Shown: positions 49,229-63,272, numbered from the stretch's first letter. The stretch: 64,000 nt of DNA from Octopus sinensis (GCF_006345805.1 NC_043008.1:25916001-25980000), one strand, 5' to 3'. Made by a program: numbers and translations. Notes: generated by a model not told the origin, from the sequence alone.

Positions 49229-50519
49229 CAGGGTGCGATGGGTAAATTCTTGCCATTTTATATTTCTAATTTTAGTGCATGCGCACTGATTGTTTTTTGA
49301 TTTTGTCAGCTACACAGTATAGTAGCATCACTGGGGCACTGTCTGCAAAGAAAACAACACCATGACACAATTCACTCCGCCAAAAATTTGGAAATGACAT
49401 GCTGTACTGCTTGGCATTCACACCAGAAGCTCCAATACAATGATTTCAGAGTGTTTGGGTGTCAATCTGAGGACAGTGCAGAGGATTCAGAAAGAGTTGG
49501 ATGAGTCTAATGGTGATTACGAAGGCACAGCAGCTCAGGAAACTCACTTTGATTATTCTGATAAGAAAAAAATTCCTGAATTTGTCAGTGAGATCTAGGC
49601 CATGATTGACAATGATTTCTCCAAGTCAATCAGGTCCATCACCAGGGACATAGGAATGTCTGAGTTTCTTATCAGGTAGGTGGTGCATGAAGATAATCGG
49701 TATTCCTCATACAAGATGAAAAGGGCCAATTTTTATCCCAAGCTATCAAAGACAAGAGGAAAGTTCATGCTACAAAGCATTTGAACAAACTTAAACATCA
49801 ACCAAACATGCTTTGGCTTTTCTCAGACGAGAAAAATTTCTGCCAGGATCAGATGGTGAACACACAGAACAATTGTTGGCTTTCCTAAAACATGTACCGC
49901 GAGTAATAAAAATCAAACATCCAGTCAACATCATGGTGCTTGGAGTGATCACTAGTGATAGTGATGTTATGCCTCCATTCATCTCCCCACACAGCCTCAG
50001 ACCCAACACAGAGGCCTACATCACGTACCTGGAGAAGGTAGTGCTGCTCTGGGTCAAGAGGGTGGCTGATGGAAAACCCTATGTTTGGCAACAGGACTCT
50101 GCACCATGCTACATAAGCAGGAGAACCTAGTCGTGGCTGTCAGACAATTTCTGTGACCATATCACCCTTAACATCTGGCCCCCTAACTCCCCAGGCTGCA
50201 ACCCCCCTTCATTTTTATGTGTGGGGTGCAGCTGTGTGAATGACCAACAAAACTCCTTGTAACACCAAAGATGAACTGAAGTCAGGCATTATGGCAGCAT
50301 TCACCAACATAACAATGAGACCATCCAGAAGAGTTACGGGAGGTTCCAAAGACATGTGGAGGCTGTGGTTGAAGCCAATGGCGATTTTATTGAGTGAATT
50401 TACTCTTTAATATATCAAGATATTTTTATGTAATTTTGGTTAATATATGAATTAAAATATTATGTCAGTATTATTTTCAATTTTGTGTAATTTAGACGAC
50501 AATTTATTCACCGTACCCT
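49229..50519 (+). mobile_element. maT-type (DD37D) Tc1/mariner DNA transposon, decayed
   Basis: Imperfect TIRs 'cagggtgcgatgggtaaatt' / 'aatttattcaccgtaccct', flanked by TA. Motifs FSDEKNF, VNIMVLGVI, WQQDSAPC and WPPNSPGCNP; about 37 residues lie between the second D and the expected third-D position. Confidence 0.85.
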
Positions 50520-51149
50520 ATATGTCAATAGACTAAAACTAAAGTAGTAAATAGCTTCTTTGAAAAAGGTGTCCACCACAAATGATCTCAAGATTTGTTC
50601 TCCATTTATCAGAATTAAAAGAATATTCATGTGTTAGATGGTTAGTTTATCCTTTGGCTAATACACCTTAATGTATCAATTTACTGAAATCAGAATATAA
50701 ATGCTGAACCATAGATGATCTTTGACAACTTAGTAAGATCTGTGTGTCATCATTAATCTTTCCTAACCATAAGCAAACATCATCTAAGTCCACAGCCAGA
50801 AATTATTTTGCTGTCTTCATTGCTTAAAGCAGATAAAAGTTGAAAATATCCCTGCTGATTGCTTGAATGCAGAAACTACTTCAGTTTCAGTAATAATAGT
50901 TCCTTTTGGATTGAGATGTTTCAGTTGCACCCACTTCAATCTATTTCAATACTTACTGCAAAGCCTTTCCTTTGTTTTTAGAAGCTGTACCACTCCCTTT
51001 TTCTCTCTCCATCTGCAAAACATTGGTTTAATAATATAAAAACAAAGATGACCTAATCATTAATTTCTTGCTGCTCTGGTTCAGAATAGATGATATTGCA
51101 TTTTCATCTTCACTTTTAGCACACAAAGTGAAAATTGCATGGAATTAGA

Positions 51150-52512
51150 TAAGGAATGATTAAGCATAATGAATTCACTTCTTTGTAGTCCAGGAAGAGG
51201 TATGAATGAAATGTTTATCACCTTCAAAATATATACTGCATTTTAGGAGACAGTGTCTCTCATGAAAGATGTAAATATCACAAAGATTTTACACACAATA
51301 TTCATGAGATCATATTTCTGACTGTTTCTTAGTGCCATGAATTGTTACATTCTGTGACATCTTAGTAACACCAAGATTCAGTTAGAAATGAACTGACAAC
51401 TGTTTGCTCTGAGGAGCCTCACAATTTGCTTTGTGATTAGCCATTTTCTGTTATAACCACCAGGAAGCACTTTACATTTCACATGGACAACTGTCAGGGT
51501 ACAAAGTTTCCTTGTTTCTCATGTGAATGAGACAGTAGATCCAGGAACCTTCATTGATCTAAAAAAAAAGAATAACCAAAGAAGGATACACTTACACCAG
51601 GAACAAAGAATATCCTTCAATTGAGTTTGGTTGAGCTTAAAAGGGTTCTTTTGCACCTCTACATATAAAACTTGGTCTTTTGGAGCAATTCATAAAAACT
51701 TTGCCATAGGATGGAGAGGGTTTCAAGTATTTGTGTAGCATGTTTCCTGTTCTATCAGACACCAAAGTTAGAGTGAGTGTATCTATAGGACCAGATATAA
51801 ATAATCTCATCAAGGATAAGAATTGTGAAAACTCTCTTGGTGATTCTGAAAACATGTTTGGATTAATTTTAAGGATGTGATGAAGAATTTCTTGGGTATT
51901 CATAAGGATCAAAACTACAAAGACACAGTGTGAAGAATACGGGGAAATTTTCAAGCATAAAATGAGCATTAGAATTCATTTCCTACATGCTCGTTTGGAT
52001 ACCTTTCTGGAAAATGTGGGAGATGTGAGTGAGAAGTAGGGGAAAGTTTTCATTAAGACCTAAAGGAGATGGAAGGGAAATTTCAGGGTAGGTAGAATGT
52101 CAGTATGATGGCCATCTACTCATGGATGATGCATTGTTAGTGTCCCTCAAATGATCTCAAGTAAAACGGTTCCAGGCATAGCTTCCATGTGCTAAAAATG
52201 AAATTTTGGGGTGCTGAACCTAAAACATAAATGGAAACCTTGTAAAAGTCTATTTTTTCACCATTCAGTTGCATTTGTGCCATTTTATTTTGCTAAGTAA
52301 AGTACCAAATTCATTTTTATTAGTTTCATTTTGTCCTACTATATGTGGATTTACCTATAGATTATGGTATATTCCATAATTAAATTGTAAGAAAACCTTA
52401 GGTAATGGGAAAGAGATTTTTTTGATATTTTCAGCTAGCACTGCAAAAATATATTAAAAAAACATGAAATTATCACAGCAATTTTCAAAATGTTCTATTT
52501 AGTAGACCTGTG
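51150..52512 (+). mobile_element. Chapaev3-like (CMC) DNA transposon relic
   Basis: Decayed motifs GQLSGY.KFPCFSCE*DSR, APLHIKLGLLEQFIKTL, IGPDINNLIKD, MSIRIHFLHARLD..ENVGDVSE..FH*DLKEME..QGR. The right end is '..tagtagacctgtg|tta'. The family name is from recall; the left end was not found. Confidence 0.65.
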
Positions 52513-52582
52513 TTATTATAAATATTTAATTCCCTTCTCTAAGAAATAAACATTATATCTATGTTATTACTAATTGGGCTGA

Positions 52583-52895
52583 AGGCACATGGCTCAGTGG
52601 TTTACAATTGTGAAATTGCAAGTTTGATTCCCAGACTAGGCTGAATGTTGTATTCTTGAGCAAGACACTTAATTTCATGTTGCTTCAGTACACTCAGCTG
52701 TAGAAATGAGCTGTGACAACTCTGGTGCCAAGCTGTATCAGCCTTTGCCTTTTGCTTGCACAACATTGGTGTTACAGAGAGGCTGGGATGGTATGCATGG
52801 GCAACTGGTGGTCTTCCACAAACAATCTTGCCTGGACTTTCTAGGTGCAATCTCATGATTCTCTGTAACCGAAGGGGGTCTTTACCTTACTTTTA
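52583..52895 (+). mobile_element. SINE family C (CORE-like)
   Basis: 'tggctcagtgg' A-box, 'gtttgattccc' B-box, 'cttgagcaagacacttaa'. Confidence 0.7.
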
Positions 52896-53134
52896 CCCTG
52901 ACCTCACTAATTAAGTACAGAGCAGAGGATTTGTAGAATTAGTAGAGTGTTGGATGAAATAGCAGGTGGTTGAAATTTTCCATTCTGAGTTCAAATCCTA
53001 CAAAGGTCAACTTGAAATTCCATGATTTTGAGGTCAATAAAATAAAGTTTCTGTCAAGTGCTGAGGTTGATGGCATCAGCTAAATTTCAAGACAACATAA
53101 TTTATACTTGGAAAACTAAGAGTTCAAACAGATA

Positions 53135-53395
53135 TTGTTATACTTGGGGATGTTCATATTTTTCCAATTAAACATGCTCACTATATTGGTCTTCTTTTCA
53201 GCTCTATTATTATTATTTTAGTTTCTTTGTCAAAGCTCTTTCATCATACATCCTATGACCTCTTCAGTGACTCTCTATCCTACATGTCTCCTCTTGTTCT
53301 GCTTATTCCATTTTAATGTGTGGTGAAAGAGCTTTGACAAAGAAACCAAAATAATAATAATGAAGACGCTGAAACGAAGACCCAAGTATAACAAT
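53135..53395. mobile_element. Inverted-repeat remnant (Penelope-type likely)
   Basis: 'ttgttatacttggg' / 'cccaagtataacaa', plus ~44-bp inner arms 'ttattattattttagtttctttgtcaaagctctttcatcataca' and the reverse complement at ~53317-53360. Confidence 0.6.
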
Positions 53396-53779
53396 AACTT
53401 GTACTGCAACCAGGAATTTGTTTCCATTTGTTTTTGTGGGAAAAATATTGACTGGAGCCTTTAACTCTTTGGATGGAAGAAAATAGCTTTTAGTTTTTTA
53501 TATTGCCTTAAAGCAAGAGTGCCACCTTCCAAAATTTGTTGCCCAGGGTAGACCACCCATTTCGAGCTATGCTAACAGTGAAGTAGAATCTAATTATATA
53601 TCATAGTATACCAACAGAGAATTCTTCAAACTTTATTAGCGTGAGTTAAGAAAAATGTAACCAATGTGATATTTTTCACTCATTATATCACTAACAGTTC
53701 AACTGGTAACTAGAATGGTAATAGTAAATGTCAGGTAGACATATCAGTCTATTGGATGATTGATGTAATATTTGGTATA

Positions 53780-53995
53780 AAGGTGGCGAGCTGGCAGAAT
53801 TGTGAGTGAGCTGGGCAATATGCTTAGCAGCATTTTGTTTCTCTTTGTTCTGAGTTCAAATTCCACCAAGGTTCACTTTGCCTTTCATCCTTTTAGGATT
53901 GATGAAATAAGTACCAGCTAAGAACTGGAGTCGATGTAATTGATCAGCCCCAACAAAAAAATTTGAGGCCTTGTGCCTATAGTAGAAAGGGTATA
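53780..53995 (+). mobile_element. SINE family A
   Basis: 'ggcgagctggcagaa..gagttcaaattcc..ctttgcctttcatcc..ggccttgtgcc'. Further copies at ~52925-53080, 55610-55800, 56790-56980 and 57290-57500. Confidence 0.8.
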
Positions 53996-55374
53996 ATATT
54001 TGATATATAGTATCTGTAGCTGTAACTTCAAAGCCATTGTGCATGAATTATTGGTTAAATAAAATATAAAAAAAGGATTCAGCAAAAGCAAATTTCACCA
54101 TTGTTATTAAAGCTGTAGGTACGCATTTATTTAGCTAAATATGTTAGGTTTGTGGAGTTAATACATTCTTCCTAAACATATAACAAAAAGACTCAGGAAT
54201 TTGTACTTTGTCACTCAGCTACCAGAACCAGTAATATCATTTTGGTAAGTATTGTAGTTTTTGATAAAGAAAATGACTTGACTAGAATTACTAGTATTTA
54301 TAAACACTTGAGAGATTAAAAGCAGTGTTGAATCTTGTATAATGTATGATTATAGATGTTTAAAATAAACTAAAAGATCTCATTCCTCTGGTCATGCTTT
54401 TATCTTTTGAATTTCTCTGAAGAAAATGAAAGAAACTATTCAAGTAGTTTCATGTTTTGCAACATCATGAAAATGTGGATTACATTATAGTTCTTATTTG
54501 CTATGAAGAGAACATATGAAAGGTATCTGAGAAACAGCATTAGCGAAAGCATATCAAGCAGTTATTATGGATGACTATTATTTTTATCTTTTGTCCTCTA
54601 CTCTGCAAGGCATTAGGTAAATATTGTCCAGCTTGATGAAGATTAGTATACAATCCTATCAACTCCTTCAAATAGTACATTTATTTTTTACATTCCTTTT
54701 TCAGTTTCCCATGACTCTCTGTTGCAATCCAATTCCATTATTATGAATTTTAATCGAGATCTTGAGTCATAGTGAATCTTTCATTAGCTGATTACACAAC
54801 CATGGATGCTACCTCTATAGATGCATTGCAGTTATTCTCTTGATAGAGCTTGGTGATCCTGACCGTTGATCTTCTTGAGTTCCTTCATTCAGCATCAATA
54901 TAAGAAGCACCATTGACCTAGTTGAGCTCTTCCATAACCTCTTCACAATCTGCCATACTGCAGAGTGGCTGGATGGATACCATGCTTTGCCAAAGGGCAG
55001 CCTGCAACTATGCAGGGCATGGTTATCACTCAATGAGGTATTTTCAAAATACCTACTTACCCTTCCTGAAACAGGTAAAATATATCTGCATGTATATATA
55101 AGACATCTGAGGTAGATCCTAAGCAGCAACAAAAATGACAACTTCAGGAGCACTATCATCCTGAAGAAAGGCAAGCTCCCATTGTGGAAGAGATATTGGG
55201 GTTGCAAAACTTTTGGTGACTTGGATATGCCTAAACAATGGAAAAGTTAAATTACTAGGTTAATTACACTATTCATAGTTTAGGTATGCAAGGAATTACT
55301 AAACACAGCTCAGTGAGATTAAACATGGGACTTTATTGCATGATCGTCACAATGGCTCAGGACAGAAATCTACA

Positions 55375-55520
55375 TCTAGATTGTAGAATATTTCTAAAGT
55401 TTTCAGATGTTTTTTTCAGACTGAGTGGTATTGAACCCGATGCCCCAATGACAATAGGGATAACCTTTACGTTTGACTTTCATAGCTGTTACATCTTAGC
55501 GATCTCAATTTTTAGGTGAT
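55375..55520 (-). mobile_element. Duplicated fragment of the R4/Dong 3' end
   Basis: Near-identical to ~55978-56119 (IPIVIGA.GSIP region). Confidence 0.75.
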
Positions 55521-55823
55521 CTACTTTTGATACTATAAACTGTGACTATATATATGAACAGTCAATGTGAACATTCAGAGACAACCTATCAATATTAGTG
55601 TTGTTGTTAAGGTGGCGAGCTGGTAGAATCATTAGTACATGAGACAAGATGTTTAATAGCATTTCTTCTAGCTCTTTATGTTCTGAGTTTAAATTCTGAC
55701 AAGATTCACTTTGCTGTTCATCCTAAAGTAAGTACCAGTTGAGCACTGAGGTTGATATGATCAACTTGTCTCTCTCTCCCCCAAATTTCACGTCTTGTGA
55801 ATTATTATCATCATTATTATTAT

Positions 55824-56790
55824 AGATGACACACAGTATACAATATCATGAGGTTCTTGATTGAAGATATTGTGTCTACTGGGGGTTTGTACAGTTTGTC
55901 AAATCACAACAAGGACCTCAGACAATACTTTACGCAATATGCGTACAGTTCCAAGTAATGCTGACTTTTGCAATACACCTAGATTGTAGGATATGCCTAA
56001 AGTCTTCAGATATTTTTTCAGACTGAGTGGTATTGAACCCAATGCTCCAATGACAATAGGGATAACCTTTATGTTTGACTCTCATAGCTGTTACATCTTA
56101 GCGATCTCAATTTTCAGGTATCCATATTTATCAACCTTTTCTCTTTCTTTCATGTTGTCTGTCTGGAAGTCAAAGCCCCAGGGAATTTTTGCCTTCTCCT
56201 TTTTGTCCATTACTTTTTCCAGTGTATGTTGGTGCCAAGCACTCATAGCCTCGTATCCATGCTTATGGCATAGCCAGTGGAGGTTTTGGGTTACTTTGTC
56301 ATGTCTACACTTGTACTCTTTCTGCACAAGACTTTCACAAGCACTAACAATGTGAGTCATGCGTCTGACCCACTTCCTATACATTCTACAGAGGTCTGTT
56401 GCACTTGTGTGACATATCTTTGCACTGAGTTGGTATTCAATGCCTGCTCCTGGGCAGCGATGATTCAGTATTCTCTTTTAGGTAACCCTTGTTAAGCCAC
56501 CTCCACGATGCTTCCTGGTCTTTTAATTTGTTGGTTTCACAGTGGAACTGACCATGTAATTCCATGTGGAATAGGGTTTCTTCTTTCTCATTGGCTGTTC
56601 TTGATTGGAATTCAGGAGCACTCTCAAGCCCATTTTTGTTAAATCCTTCTGCACTAGCAGCATAGTGTAGCAGGTCTTGTTCGCTGTTTACCAAATATTC
56701 TGCCATATTTCCTTTTTCACAGTTGACATGCTCCTGTATGCTAATCAGCCCATGTCCATCTTTACCCCTCTTCATGTAGAGCCTGTTGAT
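55824..56790 (-). mobile_element. R4/Dong-clade LINE 3' part (CCHC / RLE endonuclease region)
   Basis: RLYMKRGKDGHGLIS, LHGQF, SWRWLNKGYLK, HIVSAC..KEYKCRHDKV..LHW, KEREKVDKYGYLK, IPIVIGALG, LQKSALLGTVRILRKVL. The 3' end abuts a (TAA)-rich tract at 55801-55823. Confidence 0.85.
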
Positions 56791-57169
56791 GAGCTGAGAG
56801 AATCGTTAGCATATTAGGCAAAATGCTTCATGTCATTTTGTCCATTTTCACATTCTGAGTTCAAATTCTGGTGAGGTTTACTTGCTTTCATCTTATCAGG
56901 GTTAGTAAAATAAGAACCAGTTGAAAACTGGGTTCTGATGTAATTGAGTGAAATTACTGGCCTGTGCCAAAATTTGGGATTCATTATTGTAAGATTGTAG
57001 TTTTGATTCCTTGACTTTGCAACACGGCAAAACATTTCATTTCACATTGCTCCAGTTCACTCAGCTGGTAAAAATGAGTAAACCTGTGATGGATCAGCAT
57101 CCTGTCCAGGGAGGATATATTTGCCACAGAAATTGGGAAAATGGTCCTATGACTTGGGAAGGATTTTTA

Positions 57170-57285
57170 TCTTCTTCTTCTTCTTCTTCTTCTTCTTCTT
57201 CTTCTTCTTCTTCTTCATATTATTACTATTATTATTATCATTATTGTTGTTGTTGTTGTTGTTGTTGTTGTTATCGTTATTATTG
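57170..57285. repeat. Compound microsatellite (TTC)n-(TAT)n-(TGT)n
   Basis: Read directly from the sequence. Confidence 0.95.
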
Positions 57286-59959
57286 ATTTAGGGTGGTGAG
57301 CTGGTACAATCATTAGCATGCTGGGCAAAATGCTTAGTCGCATTTCATTCAGCCTTATATTCTGAGTTCAAATTGAGCCAAGGTCAACTTTTTCTTTCAT
57401 CTTTTTGGGGTTGATAATATAAGTACCTGCTGAACTCTGGGGTTGATGTAACTGAGTCATCCTCTCCACTAAAATTGCTGGCCTTGTGCCAAAATTTGGA
57501 ACCATTATTATTATTATTAATTGATGTCTCTGAAACTCTGGCAGAAGTCTCTAGTCTACTTTATTTTAGAACTCCCTTTTCTATAACAGAACTGGATTTA
57601 TTGCATAGGGGTGGTGGGGGTTATACTTAAACTAACTACTTCTCTCTTGATAGCTAGAAGATGGAAAATAGCATCTCTTTTCAAACTATATAGCAAAGTA
57701 GTTGGTGTCCAGCTGTAGAAACCATGCTAAAACAGAAATATTCAAGTGAGATGTGTCCTCTGACTTGTCAATCCTGTCAAATTGCTTATCATGGAAAGCA
57801 GATGTTAAATGATGGTGACGATGATGCTGATGGTGGTAGTGAATATGAGGATGATGATGATGACAACAATGACATTAACAATGGCAATGTCAACATAAAG
57901 TGTGTGCAACTGTTGGTGAAATATATCAAGAGATGGAATTAGCTCCTGAATGTTGAGACAGTAATCCAACACAAGTATAATTAATTGAAACAAGTTGACA
58001 ACTTTGAATCCTACATCTTAACAATAAAAAAGAAGTTGATCAGATCAAAGCTGCTTTTATTAAGATCAAATATATATTGTTGAAAAAGTAGTTATCAATA
58101 CCAGTGTAGAAAAGAGACCTAAGAGCATACACTGCTCCCAGTTTTAAATATTGTTATGTGAACTTAAACATCAACTGGTGCAAAAGCTTATCAATACTGC
58201 AGATACAGAAACAGATATTGAATAGGATGTGCAGAAAACTATAGGAGGCTATCTTAACTGAACTTCAGGACAGGAGACAAATCCATGAAAATTTAGTGAT
58301 AAGTAGAAAGCTAAAGGATAGTGATGGCTCATAATCACTGATACTTGTGAACATAGTATATGAAGAAAAACAATACAGTATATGGCTCTTAAACATATTT
58401 AACTATTTTAAATTTTAGTTTAACTAATTTTCATCAGAACTCAACAGTCATATCAATTATAAAAGCGACACAAGCAGTCTGGTTGAATTTGTGCAGATTT
58501 CTTATAGCAATTGCAGAGCTAATAATGTTTCTGTTTAAATACTGAACATACTGACTCTGAGATTTCTTTCAGAACCTCAAATTTATCACTGGAGGAGGAT
58601 ATTTTGTAACATTCATGCATTTCTCAAGGGGAATGATAAAACTAGTAAAGTGAAATTTTTGCTGCTTACATACAAAAAGTTAAGATGAAGTCCCAGCCTA
58701 AAATAAAATTTACTTCTATTGTTTCAATGCTCTAAATAAATTTATAAGAGTGACTTGGAGTCAAGTGATGATGTCAAACTAACTTGATGTTTGACAAAGC
58801 AGAGCATAGCACAACTGCTTCAGTAAATCCATGAATAAGTCAGGTAATTTATGGAGAAAATTTCTATGCAGATGATTGCCTGGAAAAGGCAATAAAAAGA
58901 AAGAAAAGAGACATACTTGAGGAGACATGATCTAAGATATATTGATAAAGAATGAAATAAAATGAAAGGAGAAAAGCTTTAGATTTGGAAATAGAGCAAA
59001 TGACTTTTTCAGCACATGACTACACTGATAATTTTAAAATGTATTTTATGGGAGAAAATAGAAAAATAGAAAAATTCAATAATTAGATGAGCAAAGCAAA
59101 AATATGCTAAACATCATTTGATGCTTCAAATTTGTTCATTTCTCCAAACTGCTGCAGAATAAATTAATATGAATTGGCAAAATATCAAGACTAGCAGAAA
59201 TGTTATTAAAATAATTTTCATCTCTAGGGAAGAATTTCAAAATACTCTTGGTAATTACAGATGAGACTTTAATCAATATATTCTTGTTGATCATATATAA
59301 AAAAAAAAAGGAAAAAGCATTATTGAAAGAGTGCAGTATCAAGACAGTAAGGGTGAATATGGTGCTTTATTGTGGGTACAAATATAAATGGCAATATATT
59401 CTATTCACAGCTTGCTTGAATACATATCTTTCATTTAATATTATGTTAGCTTGTTATGAAAGCAATTTCTCTTAGAATATTACATTGCCACAACATGAGA
59501 GAGATTATAAGTTGTTACTCATTCCTTTTCAAGAACATTTACAATATAACTGATGTATAAAGTTACTCCTGAGAATTGAAACTGAGCAGCATTAGTTCAT
59601 TTCATAGATAAGTTTCCTACATGTCTGTCTGTATGTCTGTCTGTCCGTCTGTCCATCCATCCATCCATCCATCCATCCGTTTATCTATCACATTATCATC
59701 ATTATCATCATTGATTTAGTTTGATTTCCATGTCGGCAAGAGTTGGGTGAATCTCCACAGAATCAGCACAATTTGGGGGTATTGATCCCCAAGGTACATT
59801 GGCAGAAAGCATCTTTTGGATGCCCAGGCCAAAGGAAGAAATGGAAGTTGAATGAGAGAAATGTTCCACTACAGTAGTATCAGTATATCTTTTAAGGAAT
59901 CAACTATGATATTCAAGCATTGGATCAGTTTGTAGATAAAAATAAATTACAGCATCATT

Positions 59960-60790
59960 AATTGCTTTGGAGCTAAGAAGAAAACTCTTCTCATTGATGC
60001 TTCTAGTGGTAAAGGAAAGATCTTTCATACAAATCTGCTTGAAAAAGTTCACTTAGGCCTGCATATCACTCTTGCAGTATCATTGTGGCATATGTTAAAG
60101 CTATTCTTAGATCTTATATAACATGACCAACCCTTGTGAAACATTAAGAAGTTATGTATTAGTTGGAGTGGTGTCTCTATCTTGGTTGTTGCTTTCACTA
60201 TATTTTGATTGTGTACACTCTAGCCTTCATCAAGTGTCTTGTGATTCACCTTAGTGAACCCAGGATTAAACTCAGAATCTCTAGGTGACAGCATTCCACT
60301 ATCAAGCACTTTTATGCACTACACTAAGCCCATAGACACTGTCAGAGGGAATTGTGAAAGCTTATAAAACTCCATTGATGTTTTATGTCTATTCCTTTCC
60401 AATTGCATAACACAGTCATATATTTCTGAGATGTGGGATTTTTGTATTATGTATTAGTCCAGCTAAAAGCAACAATCAAGATGAGGACACCACTCCAACT
60501 AGTACCTAATATTAATTCCTCATCTCAGAAACATATATATGTGCTAAGAAGTCAGCCAATGCCAAACTTCAGCAAAGATACAAATTGATCATGAGGGATG
60601 AAGCCAGCGTAAATTGCCATCAAGTTGTTGAAGTCTTAGAACTGACAATACAAGATCTGAAAGAAAACACATATAATAAAAGGAGCAAATGAACATAGGT
60701 CATGCTGGTAATTTAAGACAAGTCCTTACTGTTATTCTTTGAGGAATCTGAGCTGATTAGATCAAAACCTACTTAAAACACTTTACTAGT
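59960..60790 (+). mobile_element. Helitron PIF1 helicase relic interrupted by an inverted-repeat element
   Basis: LFLIDASSGKGKIF (Walker A), LAV, KLIMRDEAS (Walker B), LELTIQDL and AGNLRQVLTVI correspond to PIF1 motifs I-III. Confidence 0.7.
60156..60505 (-). mobile_element. Penelope-type inverted-repeat remnant with a decayed hammerhead (60196-60236)
   Basis: ~40-bp inverted arms 'agttggagtggtgtc..gttgttgcttt' / 'aaagcaacaatcaag..gacaccactccaact'. The minus strand reads cac-TTGATGA-aggct..-AAAA-ta-TA-gtg. Confidence 0.5.
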
Positions 60791-62855
60791 AATAATTGAC
60801 CATACTTCAATAGTGATAATACTGACTGTTGAGTTTTCTACGCAGCTACTTAGAAGGGAAATGAATTTCTTGAGAGGAACCTTGGTGACTGAATTTAGTT
60901 GTCATTTCAAACAGAACAGAAACCAAAAGCCACAACCTTTCCAAATGGTCAAATATGATAAAAGGATCCTAAATAAAAGGATTCTGTAAGCAAGCAATCT
61001 TAGCAGCAAAATTGTGGCTATAGGAGATGTTGACAGAAGTTTACTAGAGATGCACCTCAGTGAGAAAAGATGCAATAAATCAGTGGACAAATTCATTTCC
61101 CTGAACCAAGTTATCTGATAGCTTTGAACTAGCAGAAGCCCTCCATAGAATTTGCTGTTGAAACTTGGAGCACCATTAATACTGTTTTGTAACTTGGATT
61201 CTCCCAAACTTCAGAATGAATAATACAAGATTCACTGGAACAAATACGATGCTCCACAGTTAATGGAGTTTCATAAGCAATCATTGAAAGTCATTGAACT
61301 GGGTTTGACATACCATCTTTTCCCATGGTCAGCTTTACATTTGTACTTCAAAAGTTGGGTATCGCAGCAGTCCTTTTATAGCCAACTGAGTTTATAAAGA
61401 TGCTATGGAATGAACAAATAAGTGAACCAGAAAATTTGCTATGAATCTCTAACTATAAAAAGATCTGTTTAGTTTGAAAGTCTGCTTTTCTTCAATTCCA
61501 AGGCATGTGTTCAACTTTCAACACCTTCCATGATTCTACAAATGAAAGTTACATTGCATCAACCTTCTCACAAAGTGTAAAGCACACATCAAAATGTGGC
61601 AGTTTTAATTAAATCTCAATACTGGAAGACACACTTCAGGTTTTTCATGACAAACATCTGGCAGACTCCATATACTAAATCCTACCATGTTATAGAAATG
61701 ATGAACAGTTAAGTGACAGCTTTCATGGATGAGTCCATAATTGTTTTCCAAAAATTTTCAGACATTTTGCCAATAATTAGGAGTCCTGAACACTCATCAT
61801 TTTGAAGTAATACTTGACAAGTCATTAAAAGTAGATGTCATTCAAAAGACTATGTTCGAATGAAAAATTACTTGCCAAAAGCATAGCAAGGTATTTTGAG
61901 GTTCTCAGGGGCAGATTTGCCAAGCTTTATGCAAAATTTGAGGTGAATATTTGCCTGAATTTGTTAACTAAAGTGACAGATGAAAAACCATTTCTAACAA
62001 GATGTTACAAAATTGCATGTAATAAATGAACTAAGTCAGGAATGTAAAACACAATCATAGACTGATGCAGTGGAATAGACACCAATGATTACTCACTGTA
62101 CATTTATTTCAATTGAAGAGGAAAATCATAGCACAGGCTGTTCAGAGACTTTCTATATAATTATCATTATCACCATTGTTAACTTCAAATTCATTTTCAA
62201 TGTTATAATGCCCATTTTTCAATTCTGTCCCAGATTTAAGTAGTCTACATTGTTGTATGTAAGTCAGATACATATTTAGTCCAGAATGTCAAGTTTATAC
62301 ATGTTAACTGTAAATACTCTGGCCACTGCCTTTCCATCAGACATCAACTAACAGGGGAGACTTTTATATTGTTACTCTACTTGCTAAAATAACCTATCAA
62401 ATTTCTCTCAAATCAAAGCTTACTTTATTAATCAAAGAAGAACATAATCAATAATGGAACTCCAGAGACCCATTCTAAGAAAGCAATATCCTGGATGGAA
62501 TGTTTTTGATCATAGGTTTCTTTAATCAAAGTTACTCTGATCCTAAGCAGCAACAACTATAGCAAAGAACAATGTGCAAATTATTTGACACACTGCTTCA
62601 AGTAGCATAAGTATCAAAAATAAATTCAAGCCTGTTTGTTTTATATAACATTTTCCTATCATAGTATATTATTTCCCTAGTATTTATTGTATCTTTAAAA
62701 ACTGTCTAACTTAAAAAATAAAGGAGTTTCATTTCATAATAGATTTTTAAAGTTATATAGTTTTCATTAATTTCTTCTGGAGATGGAAAAATGTTTCTCA
62801 GCAAAACATCTCTTTTCAAATTCTGTTAGATTTCAATAATTTCCAGGTCTACACT

Positions 62856-62857
62856 TA

Positions 62858-62949
<92 letters not shown>

Positions 62950-63030
62950 GAATGAAGGAGGGAGAGAGACACAGAGGGAAAGAGAGAGAAAATATACACA
63001 CAGGCACACACACTACCTCTCTCTCTCTCT
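62856..63030. repeat. (TA)n/(CA)n/(GA)n microsatellite cluster
   Basis: Read directly from the sequence. Confidence 0.9.
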
Positions 63031-63238
63031 CACACACACCAGTGTTGGTGCAGTAAAAAACATTTTTTGCTCCACTGAATAAATCTTTCAACAACTATGC
63101 AATATTTAACACTGTTTAAACACATATAATTTAATAATATTACAACACATACAATAAATATCTCATAACTCTCTTTTCCTTCCTCTCTCACTCTCTCTTT
63201 TAAGCCCTCTCTCTCTCTCTCACACACGCACAGACACA

Positions 63239-63272
<34 letters not shown>

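Noticed and set aside
48600-51100. Possible decayed coding relic on the minus strand flanking the maT element
   Set aside because: No motif I can assign; needs TBLASTN/Dfam.
53215-53270. Hammerhead on the minus strand (CTGAAGA..GAAAC)
   Set aside because: No convincing stem I, stem III or cleavage triplet.
60900-62030. Faint LINE RT and mariner HTH remnants on the minus strand
   Set aside because: Similarity is too weak to set boundaries or family.
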